A stretch of 62,972 nucleotides of DNA, filler included, from Octopus bimaculoides (lineage: Eukaryota): assembly GCF_001194135.2 (NCBI RefSeq). It is 5 parts of 5 records of this genome, joined end to end, with 100 filler letters (N's around TTAATTAATTAA, not from the genome) between each part and the next. Parts side by side here need not be neighbours in the genome. Positions count along the whole stretch, not along the records: positions 1 to 26,919 come from NC_068997.1; 4 more parts are not named here. The stretch is one strand, 5' to 3'. The notes under the pieces are model-generated. The model made no database searches. It saw only the letters and a list, made by a program, of their open reading frames with translations, and was not told the origin of the DNA. Shown here in pieces: positions 1-12,957 of this stretch (positions are counted from its first letter, which is position 1; every line of letters starts with the position of its first letter). Position numbers and translations under genes: made by a program.

Positions 1-334
1 CCAGTATCGCCACCGCCACGCGCACCACTGACAACAACAACAACAACAGTGACGACAACCATAATAGTATCATCACAACCTCAACGATCATCTCCATGGC
101 AACCACAGCCATTACAGATAATGACTCGACGGCAACAAACATACACCATAACGACGACGACGACCACCACCACCACCACCACCACCACCACCACTAACAC
201 CACCACCACTGACAACACTTCTCTCGTCATCGCCACAACATCATCATCATCATCATCATCCTCATCATCATCATCATCACCATAACAATCATGTTTATTT
301 CTTCCTGTCTTTTTCCACTTTCTTCTCATTAACG

Positions 335-369
<35 letters not shown>

Positions 370-860
370 GTCATCATCATCATCATTAGCATCGTCATGA
401 TATTACGGTCATTATTGTCTTTCTTCCATATATTATGATGAGGAAGATGATGACGACGACGACGACAACGACGATGACGACAATGATGATGATGATGATG
501 ATTACCATATTATATTGCTCGTTATCATCATCATCGACATACTAACTTTCACCATACTCCCTAATATAACAATCATGATGATGGTGTTGAAGATGATGAT
601 GATGAGTAGGATGAGAACAACCGTCATTATCATCGGCATCATATCACCACGATCGTAATCATCATCACCATCACCATCATCATCATAAGCATCGTCTTCA
701 TCAACATTGTTGTCGTCGGCCTCATCGTCATCATCAACATCATCATCATCAACATCATCAACATTATCATCCTCATCATCATCATCATCATCATCAACAT
801 CAGCATCATCATCATTATCATCATCGTCGTCGCCGTCGTCGTCGTCGTCGTCGGTGTTGT
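1..860. repeat. Compound trinucleotide microsatellite field (CAC, CAT, GAT, GTC)
   Basis: Visible homopeptide-like runs on both strands. Confidence 0.95.
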
Positions 861-1479
861 CGCATCCAAGTACAATTCACCGACATCGTTACTCACATGC
901 CAACACCAGCATCACTTATTCACAACAGCCTACGTCCTCTTTCATTCATCTTCTCTTTCACTCACCCAACTCATATCTTTCCCCCCCCCACTATTCTCTT
1001 TCAACTTAACATTTTCTTTCGCTTTCTTTTTTCTTTTCTTTGCTTCTTGAAGTATTTTCCCTTTTATTATTTTTTTGTATTTTCTCTTTCCTTCTTGTTT
1101 TTGTACATTCCTGCATTATTTATTTTTTCTTGATGGCTTACTAAGCGCTCCGTATGTCTATGTGGTTAAGACGTTCGTTCGAAATGACACACGAGTTACT
1201 TGTTTGATCTAACTGAGAAGCATGTTAGGCTTGTGTCTTCTGCTATACACTTATATTGATCATTATCTTGCAAGAAAAGTGTTGGTAGGCAGAAAACTGT
1301 ATAGAAAACACGCGTTATTCGAGTATAACGCCATCCCAGAATATGTACACACTCGTCTTACGTGCCTCTAAGTGCGGTCAGTGATACATTGGCCTTCCAT
1401 TATAATGACACTTGAGACAAAAAGGTAACCTTGTCTGCAGAAAATCAGTGGAGGAAAATGATGAAGATGGAATCAAAAC

Positions 1480-1720
1480 ATCATGCTGGGTTAAAACCCA
1501 TGACTCTTGAGCCAGGCCAAAGATTTGCGTATTCTTTTGAATAAGCACAGCTCTGGTGGCTGTCAGAGGGAACAGGTGTCTCAGTATGAATTATTTTGAT
1601 GTGCCTTTTCAATCCTCCAACTGAATGGCACACCTTCTCACAAGTTGCACATGTTCTGTTGTGAGCAACAGCCATATCACAACTTACATCAAAACACCAT
1701 GCTGGGTTAAAATCCATGAT
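1480..1720 (-). mobile_element. C2H2 zinc-finger fragment, probably the C-terminus of an RTE LINE
   Basis: CATCEKVCHSVGGLKRHIKIIH plus a frameshifted second finger-like KSLAWLKSH; no splice support for a host exon. Confidence 0.5.
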
Positions 1721-2089
1721 GTAGGGTAAACATCAGGAGTGAATTAATATGGCCAGAACACCCACCAAGTTACAAGTTACTTCGTGGTCAGTGATTCCCT
1801 TCTGCTGTTTTTTAAAAATCTCCTTTTGCCTTCTAATACAAAATTCATTTCCTTAATTTTATCTTCCCACTTGACATATTGTGTGTTAGCGAAAGAATGA
1901 GACTCTTTCTACCCGCCTCTACCCGCCTCTACCCATCATCATCATCTACCGATGTTGATGATGATGATGATGATGACGACGAAGACGACGATGATGGCGA
2001 TACTGATGATGATGGTGATTAATTTGAGTTCAATATTCAGTTGTCTTTCGCTCATCTTAGGCTTGCGCATTAAAGTCAGAAGCAAAGAT

Positions 2090-3190
2090 CAAGGGTGTAA
2101 TATGAATGATGGAAGGATATATCACCAACTGCGTAATCTTGACTTATTCGGAAAACTCGGCTAGTGGTTGCATGATAGAAGTCAATCAGTCGTAATCAAT
2201 GGAACACTATCGAAAGAAACAATGTTAGTGAGTGGAGTCACATAGAATACTATTTTGAAACCAGTGCTCTTCATAGTGTCTCTTTCAGATATGCTGTCAG
2301 CTATACAGGCTACCGTCCTTACAACCTTTGCAGACAATATAAAAACATACCAGATTATAAAGAACACAAGAAAGCGATGCATCTTCGAGACAACTTAAAT
2401 ACTATATATATATATATATATATATATATGTGAGCTGAGTAGAATAATATGAAAATAATGCTAAAAAAATGTTTAGCTCCAGCTATTAGCTCAGAAAATT
2501 AAATGCAATTCGCAGAAAATTCTGGATCAGGATGTGTTGCAGTCGCAAAGTCGCAATCGTTACGTGACTTACACATTAACATGATCAACGATGCATCTCT
2601 TCGTTTGTATGTTAATAAGATGACTATGAAATATAGATGGCTAGCTAGATGGATTCTAAGATATTTCACAACGAGATGTCCAAAAACCATGATGGTCCTC
2701 TGGAGGATACTCTTTCTCAGTCACCTGCGTTACTGCTTCCAATTCTGGTCACCGTATATTGCAAAATTTATACCAGAACTAGAAGCAATCCAATATTAGT
2801 ACACGAATAATTCTACTCAAATGCAGCAAGTTGGTGCCGGGAGAAGCTTCAAAGTTGTTATGTTTCTACTACCTAGAGTAAAGACAAAAAAGCTATGTAG
2901 TGATATACGTGTGAAAGATCCTGAAAAGACTTGCACCAATGATTGGTGTTGAAAACGATGCTAGTCTCCAAACACGGTGTAACTGCATGATACCATAAAT
3001 CCCATCTACGTCATCCAGATTTAGGTTCAGATACTGCAATAGCTTAGGGTTCAAAAGCGCATCACTTTTCAATACCCAACTGAAAAAGCTTAAGAGATCA
3101 AAAGTGTGGGGATATAATAATATTCAAACCGTAACTGGATCTGGTAATGTCTAGATTTCCAGATAAGCCTACTTTACCGCAAAAAAAAAT
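2090..3190 (+). mobile_element. Decayed CR1/L2-group LINE, RT and C-terminal region
   Basis: Disrupted frames QSVVINGTLSKETMLVSGV..VLFIVSLSDM..TTFADNIK and KTMMVLWRILFLSHLRYCFQFWSPY..ELEAIQ; multiple stops and frameshifts. Confidence 0.8.
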
Positions 3191-3209
3191 CATTCGCCAA
3201 ATGCCAACT

Positions 3210-3253
<44 letters not shown>

Positions 3254-3728
3254 TAAGAACTGTTTTCCAGCATGGCCACAGCTAAAACAGTTAAAAGATA
3301 AATCGTATGCTGTTGTACCTTTAGAAATTTTATCCCCCTCTAAAGTTATATTTCTTCATAGAAAAGTTTATTTAGTTTGGTACGTTTGAATTAAAAACAG
3401 CAGAGAACACACACACACACGCATACACATGCATGCATATATACATACATACACACACATACATACGTACATACATGCATTTCTTGAAGTAAATCTCATT
3501 CAAAAGTTATTAGTCATGCCATGGTACAACTAGGTATCAAGACACTTCCTTGAAATGCCAAGCATTGGGACCAAGCAGAAGACAAGATTGCGAAGTGAAT
3601 TTTCTAACCGCATCCACGTTTGTCGTCTTTTGTTCCGTTTTCTTGTTTGCGCATTACATATATTCTTTACTCGATAAGTTCTCTCTTTCTTCCTTTCTTT
3701 CTTCCTCTCTTCCTTTCTTCCTTTCTTC

Positions 3729-3759
<31 letters not shown>

Positions 3760-4073
3760 TTTATTCTTATTATCTATCATCTCTGTTGTAAGTTGTCGTT
3801 TTTTTTTTCAAATCTTCTTTTCTTTCATCTTGAATTCCATTCATTCTCTCTTCCTCTCTCTTTCTTAGTCCCTCTCACTTTTCCTCTGCCTCTTTCTCTC
3901 TCTCTCTCTCTCTCTCCTTCCCTCTCTCCCTTTCGCTCTCTCTTTTACACTAACACTTTCTTCACTTCTCTCGCCGGAGTGTCTCTTCCTCTCTTATTTT
4001 GCACACTTCAACTTTGCAATTTTTTTTCCAGTTTTTCATTCTTTCTTTCCTGTTTATGCTTTCATGCCTTCTT

Positions 4074-4105
<32 letters not shown>

Positions 4106-5699
4106 CTCTTTCATTCCTTCTTTCCTGTCTTCCTTTCCTTCTTCCATGTCTTTCCTTTCCTTACCTCCTACTACCTCTCCGTCTTCATTCTTCTACCACT
4201 TCATTCCACATCAAATACACCCACCACTCGCCTCATCATACAGAATGTTCATCTGCATAAGTTATTTCTACAAATAGACTTCGGATTCCTGTAACAATCG
4301 ATTGATGTTGAAGCTGATTTCCATAACAGTTACAAGAGAAGGAATTGGGCCTCCCCCTATAGACCAATATTTCTAAAACAACTATTGTATACTTTCTTGT
4401 TCATGCACACGCACGCACGCACGCATTCACACATACATATATTTAAATTATATTTATTATATTTGTAAATATTGTGATGCAGATGGTGGCAGAACTGGCA
4501 GACGTGGCGGTAATGGTGTTGGCGGTGATGGTGTTGGTGGTGATGGTGTTGGTGGTGGTAGTGGTGGTGCTGGTGGTGTTGGAGTGATAAACTCTGCCTT
4601 CTTCACGGTAGTGGAGCAATGGTGAATAACATAAGCACAAACGCATACACGAACATACATATATGCATATACATGCATACATAGCTACATAAAACACATA
4701 CATACATATATGTATATATATATATATATATATNNNNNNNNNNNNNNNNNNNNNNNNNNNNNNNNNNNNNNNNNNNNNNNNNNNNNNNNNNNNNNNNNNN
4801 NNNNNNNNNNNNNNNNNNNNNNNNNNNNNNNNNNNNNNNNNNNNNNNNNNNNNNNNNNNNNNNNNNNNNNNNNNNNNNNNNNNNNNNNNNNNNNNNNNNN
4901 NNNNNNNNNNNNNNNNNNNNNNNNNNNNNNNNNNNNNNNNNNNNNNNNNNNNNNNNNNNNNNNNNNNNNNNNNNNNNNNNNNNNNNNNNNNNNNNNNNNN
5001 NNNNNNNNNNNNNNNNNNNNNNNNNNNNNNNNNNNNNNNNNNNNNNNNNNNNNNNNNNNNNNNNNNNNNNNNNNNNNNNNNNNNNNNNNNNNNNNNNNNN
5101 NNNNNNNNNNNNNNNNNNNNNNNNNNNNNNNNNNNNNNNNNNNNNNNNNNNNNNNNNNNNNNNNNNNNNNNNNNNNNNNNNNNNNNNNNNNNNNNNNNNN
5201 NNNNNNNNNNNNNNNNNNNNNNNNNNNNNNNNNNNNNNNNNNNNNNNNNNNNNNNNNNNNNNNNNNNNNNNNNNNNNNNNNNNNNNNNNNNNNNNNNNNN
5301 NNNNNNNNNNNNNNNNNNNNNNNNNNNNNNNNNNNNNNNNNNNNNNNNNNNNNNNNNNNNNNNNNNNNNNNNNNNNNNNNNNNNNNNNNNNNNNNNNNNN
5401 NNNNNNNNNNNNNNNNNNNNNNNNNNNNNNNNNNNNNNNNNNNNNNNNNNNNNNNNNNNNNNNNNNNATATATATATATATATATATACATGTACATGTA
5501 CATATTATATGTATCAAATGAAGATATACATTTATGATGTACATGCGCACACCCTGTATACATATTGTATATACAGGGTATCAATATTTCAAGCAATTAT
5601 TGTGTATTCCTCCATATGTTAAATACATAATATAGCATTTTTATCAATATATGTTTGTGTGTATCTGTGTGTGTGTTTGAGTGTGTGTGCTAATGTTAG

Positions 5700-5850
5700 T
5701 CGTTGCTCCATCACAAACAATTGGATTCATCTGACCAGAACACATTCCAGTTCCCTTGAAATATAAATGACGAAGGTCACAATAGGTCACCCTCTGTGGG
5801 TGGACTGTCCGTCTTAGAATGAACCCACCTGTTTGCCAACTGGTACTAGT
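5700..5850 (-). mobile_element. Tc1-like transposase fragment
   Basis: Frameshifted HPQRVTYCDLRH / NWNVFWSDESNCL resembling the W..V.WSDES first catalytic Asp motif. Confidence 0.45.
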
Positions 5851-6784
5851 AATCATCTAATTGGAGCACAACAACACGAAATGAGTTGTTTCATTCAAGA
5901 AGTGAACTCACTACCCAGTATGCGTAACGAAACCACCATCTCAAGACCTTGAATTTAACTTCCAAACCGTTAGACCACCCACTCCGAAATCGTACTTCAT
6001 CGAACGTTTGTTATTCTAAATTAATCCCAAAATTTCGTACATTTTCCCCTCTTACTTGTGTTTTAATAATATAGAAATTAGTTGTTGTGGCTAAAAATCG
6101 ATTTCGTGATAGGCAGAAGACATCAAATGTTAGTTAAAAGTTTTAATTGCTAATATGTAGTCATATTACACACCTGGTATATACATTTTCCCTTCCAATT
6201 CAGGAAGATGCACGGCAAATTTAATCTCGAAGCTACCTCTAACCCTGGCAGAATGGATCTCAAATCATTTGGGTGAAGTTAGTGTCGATTAAAGCAATTT
6301 TATCGACCGTAAGAAGTAAATAAAGAAAAAAAGGAAGGTTGAAATATACTTCGGTGATATTCGAACTATAGATGTAGAGCTGCAATGCACTTTGCTGGGC
6401 GATCTAAATTCTAATTTCTAAAATTCTGATGATCCATCGACCTACATTGCAGCATGTTTTACTATTTTCCAAATGGAAGCATGGCTATTCGACTGTTGTT
6501 TTTGTTGCTTCTTTTGTTACTGTTCTATCTCTTGTTATTGTACATAAGTTGTTGTTATAGCTGTTGTTGTTGTCGAGTGTCTGATCAGCTCTGACAAACC
6601 ACAGCTATGGTTTATACTCGGGCGAAGGGGCTAGTCGAACAGATCGACCCCTGTATGCAACTAGTACTTAATTTATCGACACCGAAAGGATCAAAGGCAA
6701 AGTAAAACCTCGGCAGAATTTGAACTCAGAACGTAAAGATAGACAAAATACCGCTAAGCAGTTCGCCCGGCGTGCTAACGTTTC

Positions 6785-7021
6785 TTATTTCTTTACTGCC
6801 CACAAGGGGCTAAGCATAGAGGGGACAAACAGGGACACACAAACGGACTAAGTCGATTATATCGACTACAGTGCGTAACTGGTACTTAATTTCTCGACCC
6901 TGAAAGGATGAAAGGCAAAGTCGACCTCGGTAGGAATTTGAACTCAGAACGTAACGGCAGACGAAATACCGCTAAGCATTTCGCTCGGCGTGCTAACGTT
7001 TCTGCCAGCTCGCCGCCTTAG
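6785..7021 (-). mobile_element. SINE family A, near-complete copy; partial tandem neighbour 6610-6784
   Basis: Sense taaggcggcgagctggcagaaacgttagcacgcc...gagttcaaattcc (B box)...gtcgactttgcctttcatcctttc..ggtcga.aaattaagtacc; CpGs retained. Confidence 0.9.
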
Positions 7022-7384
7022 ACCAGTAAAATCTACGCTCTAAACGACAGGCGTTCGATGCTCATTTTAATCATCTTCTAGCAATGACAGACATTTCATG
7101 AATACAGCCCCTATCTACATTATAAAAACAAAGAAAGAGATGAAGCTTCTATGCAGTCATTTGGCATTAAAAATAGCAACAAAACTTCTGCAAATCTCTT
7201 ACAATTGTTTAAAGCAAAAGTGAACGGACACGTTGTATAGTATAGTCTTAGTTGCAGAAAGTCATAGCTGAAACATCTTTTTACCATAAGATATCTGGGT
7301 CAGGTTTTGACTTAATGCTAAAGGAAAATACTACCGCTATATGATGGATAAATTATACTTTTCCCATCATTTATAATATTCGTT

Positions 7385-7575
7385 TCAAATTTTGGCACAA
7401 GGCCAGGAATTTCGGGGATTGCAGAATATCGAGTACATCAACCCCCAGTGATCAACTAGTACTTGTTTTATCGACCCCGAGAAGGACAGAGTTTGAAATA
7501 AGAACGTAAAGACGGACGAAATGCCGCCTGGCCATTTGCCCGGCGTGCTAACGATTCTGCTAACTCGCCGCCTTC
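7385..7575 (-). mobile_element. SINE family A copy with internal deletion
   Basis: Same head and core as 6785-7021; tail ttgtgccaaaatttgaaa. Confidence 0.85.
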
Positions 7576-7830
7576 ATCATGAGTAATATTAGAAAATATG
7601 GCATTCCTACAATATTATAATTTAATTTTTATCAAATTTCTTGGTGCTTCTACAAAATGATGAAATGTATTCTAATTTTCAAAGGAAGAATATTTATTAC
7701 CTCAAAATATAATTAAATGAATCAATATTCAAACGTTAAGAAATAAAGTAAAAAGGAAAACTTTACGTTGATTTTGTATTATGGAAGTTCACAGCCATAT
7801 ATATTCAACTTCTCACACACTTTCTCTTTC

Positions 7831-7878
<48 letters not shown>

Positions 7879-7911
7879 CATACAAACATACAAACATACA
7901 TACCTACATAC

Positions 7912-7946
<35 letters not shown>

Positions 7947-8391
7947 NNNNNNNNNNNNNNNNNNNNNNNNNNNNNNNNNNNNNNNNNNNNNNNNNNNNNN
8001 NNNNNNNNNNNNNNNNNNNNNNNNNNNNNNNNNNNNNNNNNNNNNNNNNNNNNNNNNNNNNNNNNNNNNNNNNNNNNNNNNNNNNNNNNNNNNNNNNNNN
8101 NNNNNNNNNNNNNNNNNNNNNNNNNNNNNNNNNNNNNNNNNNNNNNNNNNNNNNNNNNNNNNNNNNNNNNNNNNNNNNNNNNNNNNNNNNNNNNNNNNNN
8201 NNNNNNNNNNNNNNNNNNNNNNNNNNNNNNNNNNNNNNNNNNNNNNNNNNNNNNNNNNNNNNNNNNNNNNNNNNNNNNNNNNNNNNNNNNNNNNNNNNNN
8301 NNNGGGGGTCGTAAATACGCCAACATCGGTTGTCAAGCGAAGTGGGGGGCAAACACAGACACACAAACATATACGCACACATATGTATATA

Positions 8392-8720
8392 CGAGGGTGA
8401 GTCAAAAAGTAATACCATTTTTTTTAGGACAGGTATAATTACCAACACAGGAACATGTATCATACATCAAATGAAGCTGGTCCTCTGTGGATCACATCCC
8501 TACTTCTCGCCATAGTCACCGTTTCTCTCAATAGCAATGTTCCACCTCCGATACTGGAATAATTTAGCGCCTTCAGACTATCATCTCTTCGGCCCCATGA
8601 AAGAGGGTTTGAGGGACAAATATTATTCCAGTGACGAGGAAATGAAAACTGTAGTGAAGAAGTGGCTCAAAGAACAGTCAACAGAATTTTATGGGGGCAG
8701 GGATACATGCTCTCATTCGA
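8392..8720 (+). mobile_element. Internally deleted mariner: 5' TIR joined to transposase C-terminus
   Basis: TA|CGAGGGTGAGTCAAAAAGT terminus; NLAPSDYHLFGPMKEGLRDKYYSSDEEMKTVVKKWLKEQSTEFY (LAPSDY motif). Confidence 0.85.
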
Positions 8721-9730
8721 AGGCAAAATTATCAATTACCTGCCTTTCAGGAAGGTAAAATCATCAGACACATGCGACATCACACTCAATAAAGACACCG
8801 AGATAAAAGAATTAGAACTTCGCAGCAAGTATAAGTATCTAGGAGTATGTGAAGGGCACGGGATAAAACATACACTGATGAGAGAAAAGATAAGGAAGGG
8901 TCACTAATGAAGAGTAGGAACCATTCGGAGAACCGAGCTGAGTGTCTCAAGCAAAATTGAGGCCATAAATACATTGGCTATGACTGTAATAATATACAAC
9001 TTCTTTATTATAAACTGGTTTCTCTCTCTGTGATAGACAAAATATGATGTAAAAATACGAAATATGATGTCAATGCATCAAATGCATCACCCAAAATCGG
9101 ACACAGACTGAATGTACCTCACGAGGAAAGCTGGCGGTCAGGGGTTAATATAAGCCCCACTTACATTGAAAATTACACCCATGCGACTTTCCGCGTACCT
9201 TCAAGAAAACGGCTGTAAAATGAAAATACCCAAAAGTTGCCTTCAGTGACGAAAAACGAGAATATATATCTTTCCGTTGAGAAAACAACTAGACGGAACC
9301 GTAGACGAAGTAAATGTATCACCAATAGACAAGGCAAAGCAAATAACACTATAGCCAACCGAGTCAACTTCCAATATATTAGACAAAAATGGAAGCACAA
9401 GCCACGTCATGGCTACGACTAGAAGTAAGGACCTAATGTAAATGAAGCTGTTAATCATCAGTGGTTGTCATGCTCCATCCTCAAAGCAGAAGCTGAGGGG
9501 TGCGTCATTACAGCTCAGAACTAGTCACTTCCAGCTGGAGGTACCAGAGTAATGCTCCAAAACCTGAAAGCAGCTCATGATGCCACTCTACGGAGAGTAA
9601 CCATAGAAAATCGGCCACATAATTTCTGGATGCATCAGACTGGCAACAATAGAATACTTGCAAAAGCACGACAGGGCACCTCAGTACATACAATGGCCAA
9701 TATGCCGCACATTCAGCTTCCCTCATAATA
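8720..9730 (+). mobile_element. Decayed R4/Dong-like (RLE-type) LINE fragment
   Basis: IKELELRSKYKYLGVCEG, KIEAINTLA, MHQMHHPKSD..YL.RK.GG.GL, LKAEAEGCVITAQ and remnants of a CCHC region. Confidence 0.75.
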
Positions 9731-10062
9731 ACAACCGGTGAGGTTACGATCCTTTGGAATTTCAGTGTTCGGACGGATCAGAAAATATCGTCAAACCGAC
9801 CTAATCTCATTGCGAAAATCGTATTGTAAAATCTTGTCTTGTGTTTGATGTATCAGCTGCAGCCCACAAAAAACATCATCACCGTATCAAGAAGGGTTAC
9901 ACTCCTCACCACTTTTCATAGTTTTGTTTTTCGTGTGCTCCGTCATTCTTTATATTTTGTTTCCTTCTTTTTCTTCCTAGGCATACTACATTTTGAAATC
10001 AAGACTTCCGTTATCAAGATTATGATGTTTTTCATCTTTTACATGTTTCAGACTGCGGCCAT

Positions 10063-10215
10063 GCTGGGGCCTCACATTGAAGTGTTTTAGTCGGACAAAT
10101 CTATCTCAGTACTTACTTTTTAAAGTCTGGTACTTATTCTATCAGACTCTTTGCTGACCACTAAGTTACTGGGGACGGAAACAAACCTACAGTGGTTGTC
10201 AAACGGGTGACAAAT
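10063..10215 (-). mobile_element. SINE family B 3' fragment
   Basis: Reverse complement of the tail: ccccgtaacttag, gatagaataagtaccagact, ggccccagcatggccgcagtc. Confidence 0.7.
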
Positions 10216-10779
10216 GTAAACACAATATATGTAAGTTTGTATGCATTTCTATATAAATATATCTATATACTAATAACAGTGACGTTCAATCTTACTTGAT
10301 TGATTAGAAGATTAGACTACTATTTCTAGCATATGAAACGATCTCAAAAAATTGTTTAGTTTATGGTTAAGACTACATACAAAGTGATGGATCTTATGGC
10401 GACAATAATACAGTGTATGTCGGGTAGGTGTCTAGGTGTCCGGGTGTCTGTAAACGAAGATGTTGCTATAGAGGGTAGAGGGAAAATGTTAAAAGAGTAA
10501 TGGCGTGTGGGTATTATTTATATTTTATTCATTTTGTTTCATTATTTTGTTTTTATTTTATATATTTTGAATTTATATTTTTTTGTCTTATTTTCGTTAT
10601 ATTTTATTTCGTTAATCGTTTGTCCTTTTGCTTTCAGAATATGACAACGAGATCACCAACGATAACAACAACAACAACAACCACATGGACAATAATAAAG
10701 CTGACGCCAACACAACAACAACAACAACAACCTGAATATATGCAAAAATATAATATTAAAAAAAAATCATGATTACGCT

Positions 10780-10989
10780 CAATAATTATTTCAATGATGA
10801 TGATTACGACGAAAATGATGAATACAACGTTCATGATGTCTATGAAGTCGTTGATGATGATGAAGATGATGATGATGATGATGAAGATAAATGATGATGA
10901 TGACGATGACGATGACGACAAAGATGATGACGATGATGATAGTGAAGGTGAAGAGGGGGATTAGGATGGTGGTGGTGGTGAAGATGTTA

Positions 10990-11033
<44 letters not shown>

Positions 11034-11174
11034 AGTGATGATGATGATGATGACGCTGATGATGATGATGATGCTGTAGATGATGATGATGGTGATGATG
11101 ACGATGATGACGACGATGATGACGATGATGATAATGATAATGTTGATGATGACGATGATGATGACGATAATGAC

Positions 11175-11241
<67 letters not shown>

Positions 11242-11260
11242 GTGATCATCGTGATGACTG
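10780..11260. repeat. (GAT)n/(GAC)n microsatellite field
   Basis: Long interrupted GAT run. Confidence 0.95.
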
Positions 11261-11364
11261 ATAAAAATAAAGAAATACATATATATATATGATATCATAA
11301 TAACAGCAAAAACTTCCAAAATACAACATATTTTGTGAGACGGGTATGAAGTTTTCTTTTGTTC

Positions 11365-11402
<38 letters not shown>

Positions 11403-12362
11403 GGTTATGTAGCTGTGTGTGTATACGTACATATATATATANNNNNNNNNNNNNNNNNNNNNNNNNNNNNNNNNNNNNNNNNNNNNNNNNNNNNNNNNNN
11501 NNNNNNNNNNNNNNNNNNNNNNNNNNNNNNNNNNNNNNNNNNNNNNNNNNNNNNNNNNNNNNNNNNNNNNNNNNNNNNNNNNNNNNNNNNNNNNNNNNNN
11601 NNNNNNNNNNNNNNNNNNNNNNNNNNNNNNNNNNNNNNNNNNNNNNNNNNNNNNNNNNNNNNNNNNNNNNNNNNNNNNNNNNNNNNNNNNNNNNNNNNNN
11701 NNNNNNNNNNNNNNNNNNNNNNNNNNNNNNNNNNNNNNNNNNNNNNNNNNNNNNNNNNNNNNNNNNNNNNNNNNNNNNNNNNNNNNNNNNNNNNNNNNNN
11801 NNNNNNNNNNNNNNNNNNNNNNNNNNNNNNNNNNNNNNNNNNNNNNNNNNNNNNNNNNNNNNNNNNNNNNNNNNNNNNNNNNNNNNNNNNNNNNNNNNNN
11901 NNNNNNNNNNNNNNNNNNNNNNNNNNNNNNNNNNNNNNNNNNNNNNNNNNNNNNNNNNNNNNNNNNNNNNNNNNNNNNNNNNNNNNNNNNNNNNNNNNNN
12001 NNNNNNNNNNNNNNNNNNNNNNNNNNNNNNNNNNNNNNNNNNNNNNNNNNNNNNNNNNNNNNNNNNNNNNNNNNNNNNNNNNNNNNNNNNNNNNNNNNNN
12101 NNNNNNNNNNNNNNNNNNNNNNNNNNNNNNNNNNNNNNNNNNNNNNNNNNNNNNNNNNNNNNNNNNNNNNNNNNNNNNNNNNNNNNNNNNNNNNNNNNNN
12201 NNNNNNNNNNNNNNNNNNNNNNNNNNNNNNNNNNNNNNNNNNNNNNNNNNNNNNNNNNNNNNNNNNNNNNNNNNNNNNNNNNNNNNNNNNNNNNNNNNNN
12301 NNNNNNNNNNNNNNNNNNNNNNNNNNNNNNNNNNNNNNNNNNNNNNNNNNNNNNNNNNNNNN

Positions 12363-12425
<63 letters not shown>

Positions 12426-12926
12426 TATATACGTACATGCACACGCTCCTTAGCGCACAGACAACTATACATGAAAACAATCATACACATGTTCTCACGT
12501 TCACACCCATTTGGGTGCATCAAACATAGATATACATATAGACACATACGCATTTATATATATATGCATATATTTTCAAATTCATACACACACATACACA
12601 CAGACACACACACATACATATATATATGTATATATACAGATACACACGCAAAAACTTTAACACTTAGAATTTACCACATATTCACATACACAAGGAAATA
12701 AAACAGACACTATGCTGGAAGGTCTACACAAACACACGCTCGCACAGTCGAGGACAGAGATATATATACATTAATCAATACACGTATATACGCACAAACA
12801 TACGCATATTAGCTGATATGTATACACATAGGCACAAACACATACATGCAAACAAAAGTAAATAACATAGCCAGACTGTATATATATACATACATACGTA
12901 AATATATATATATTTGTGCGCGTGTA

Positions 12927-12957
<31 letters not shown>

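Noticed and set aside
49-1133. Poly-Thr/Met/Ser/His ORFs here and at 10791-11292, 22810-23172, 33696-34152
   Set aside because: Translations of trinucleotide microsatellites, open in several frames on both strands.
3550-4294. 236-aa Leu/Ser/Phe-rich ORF, also 52002-52460
   Set aside because: CT-rich low-complexity DNA, not a membrane protein.
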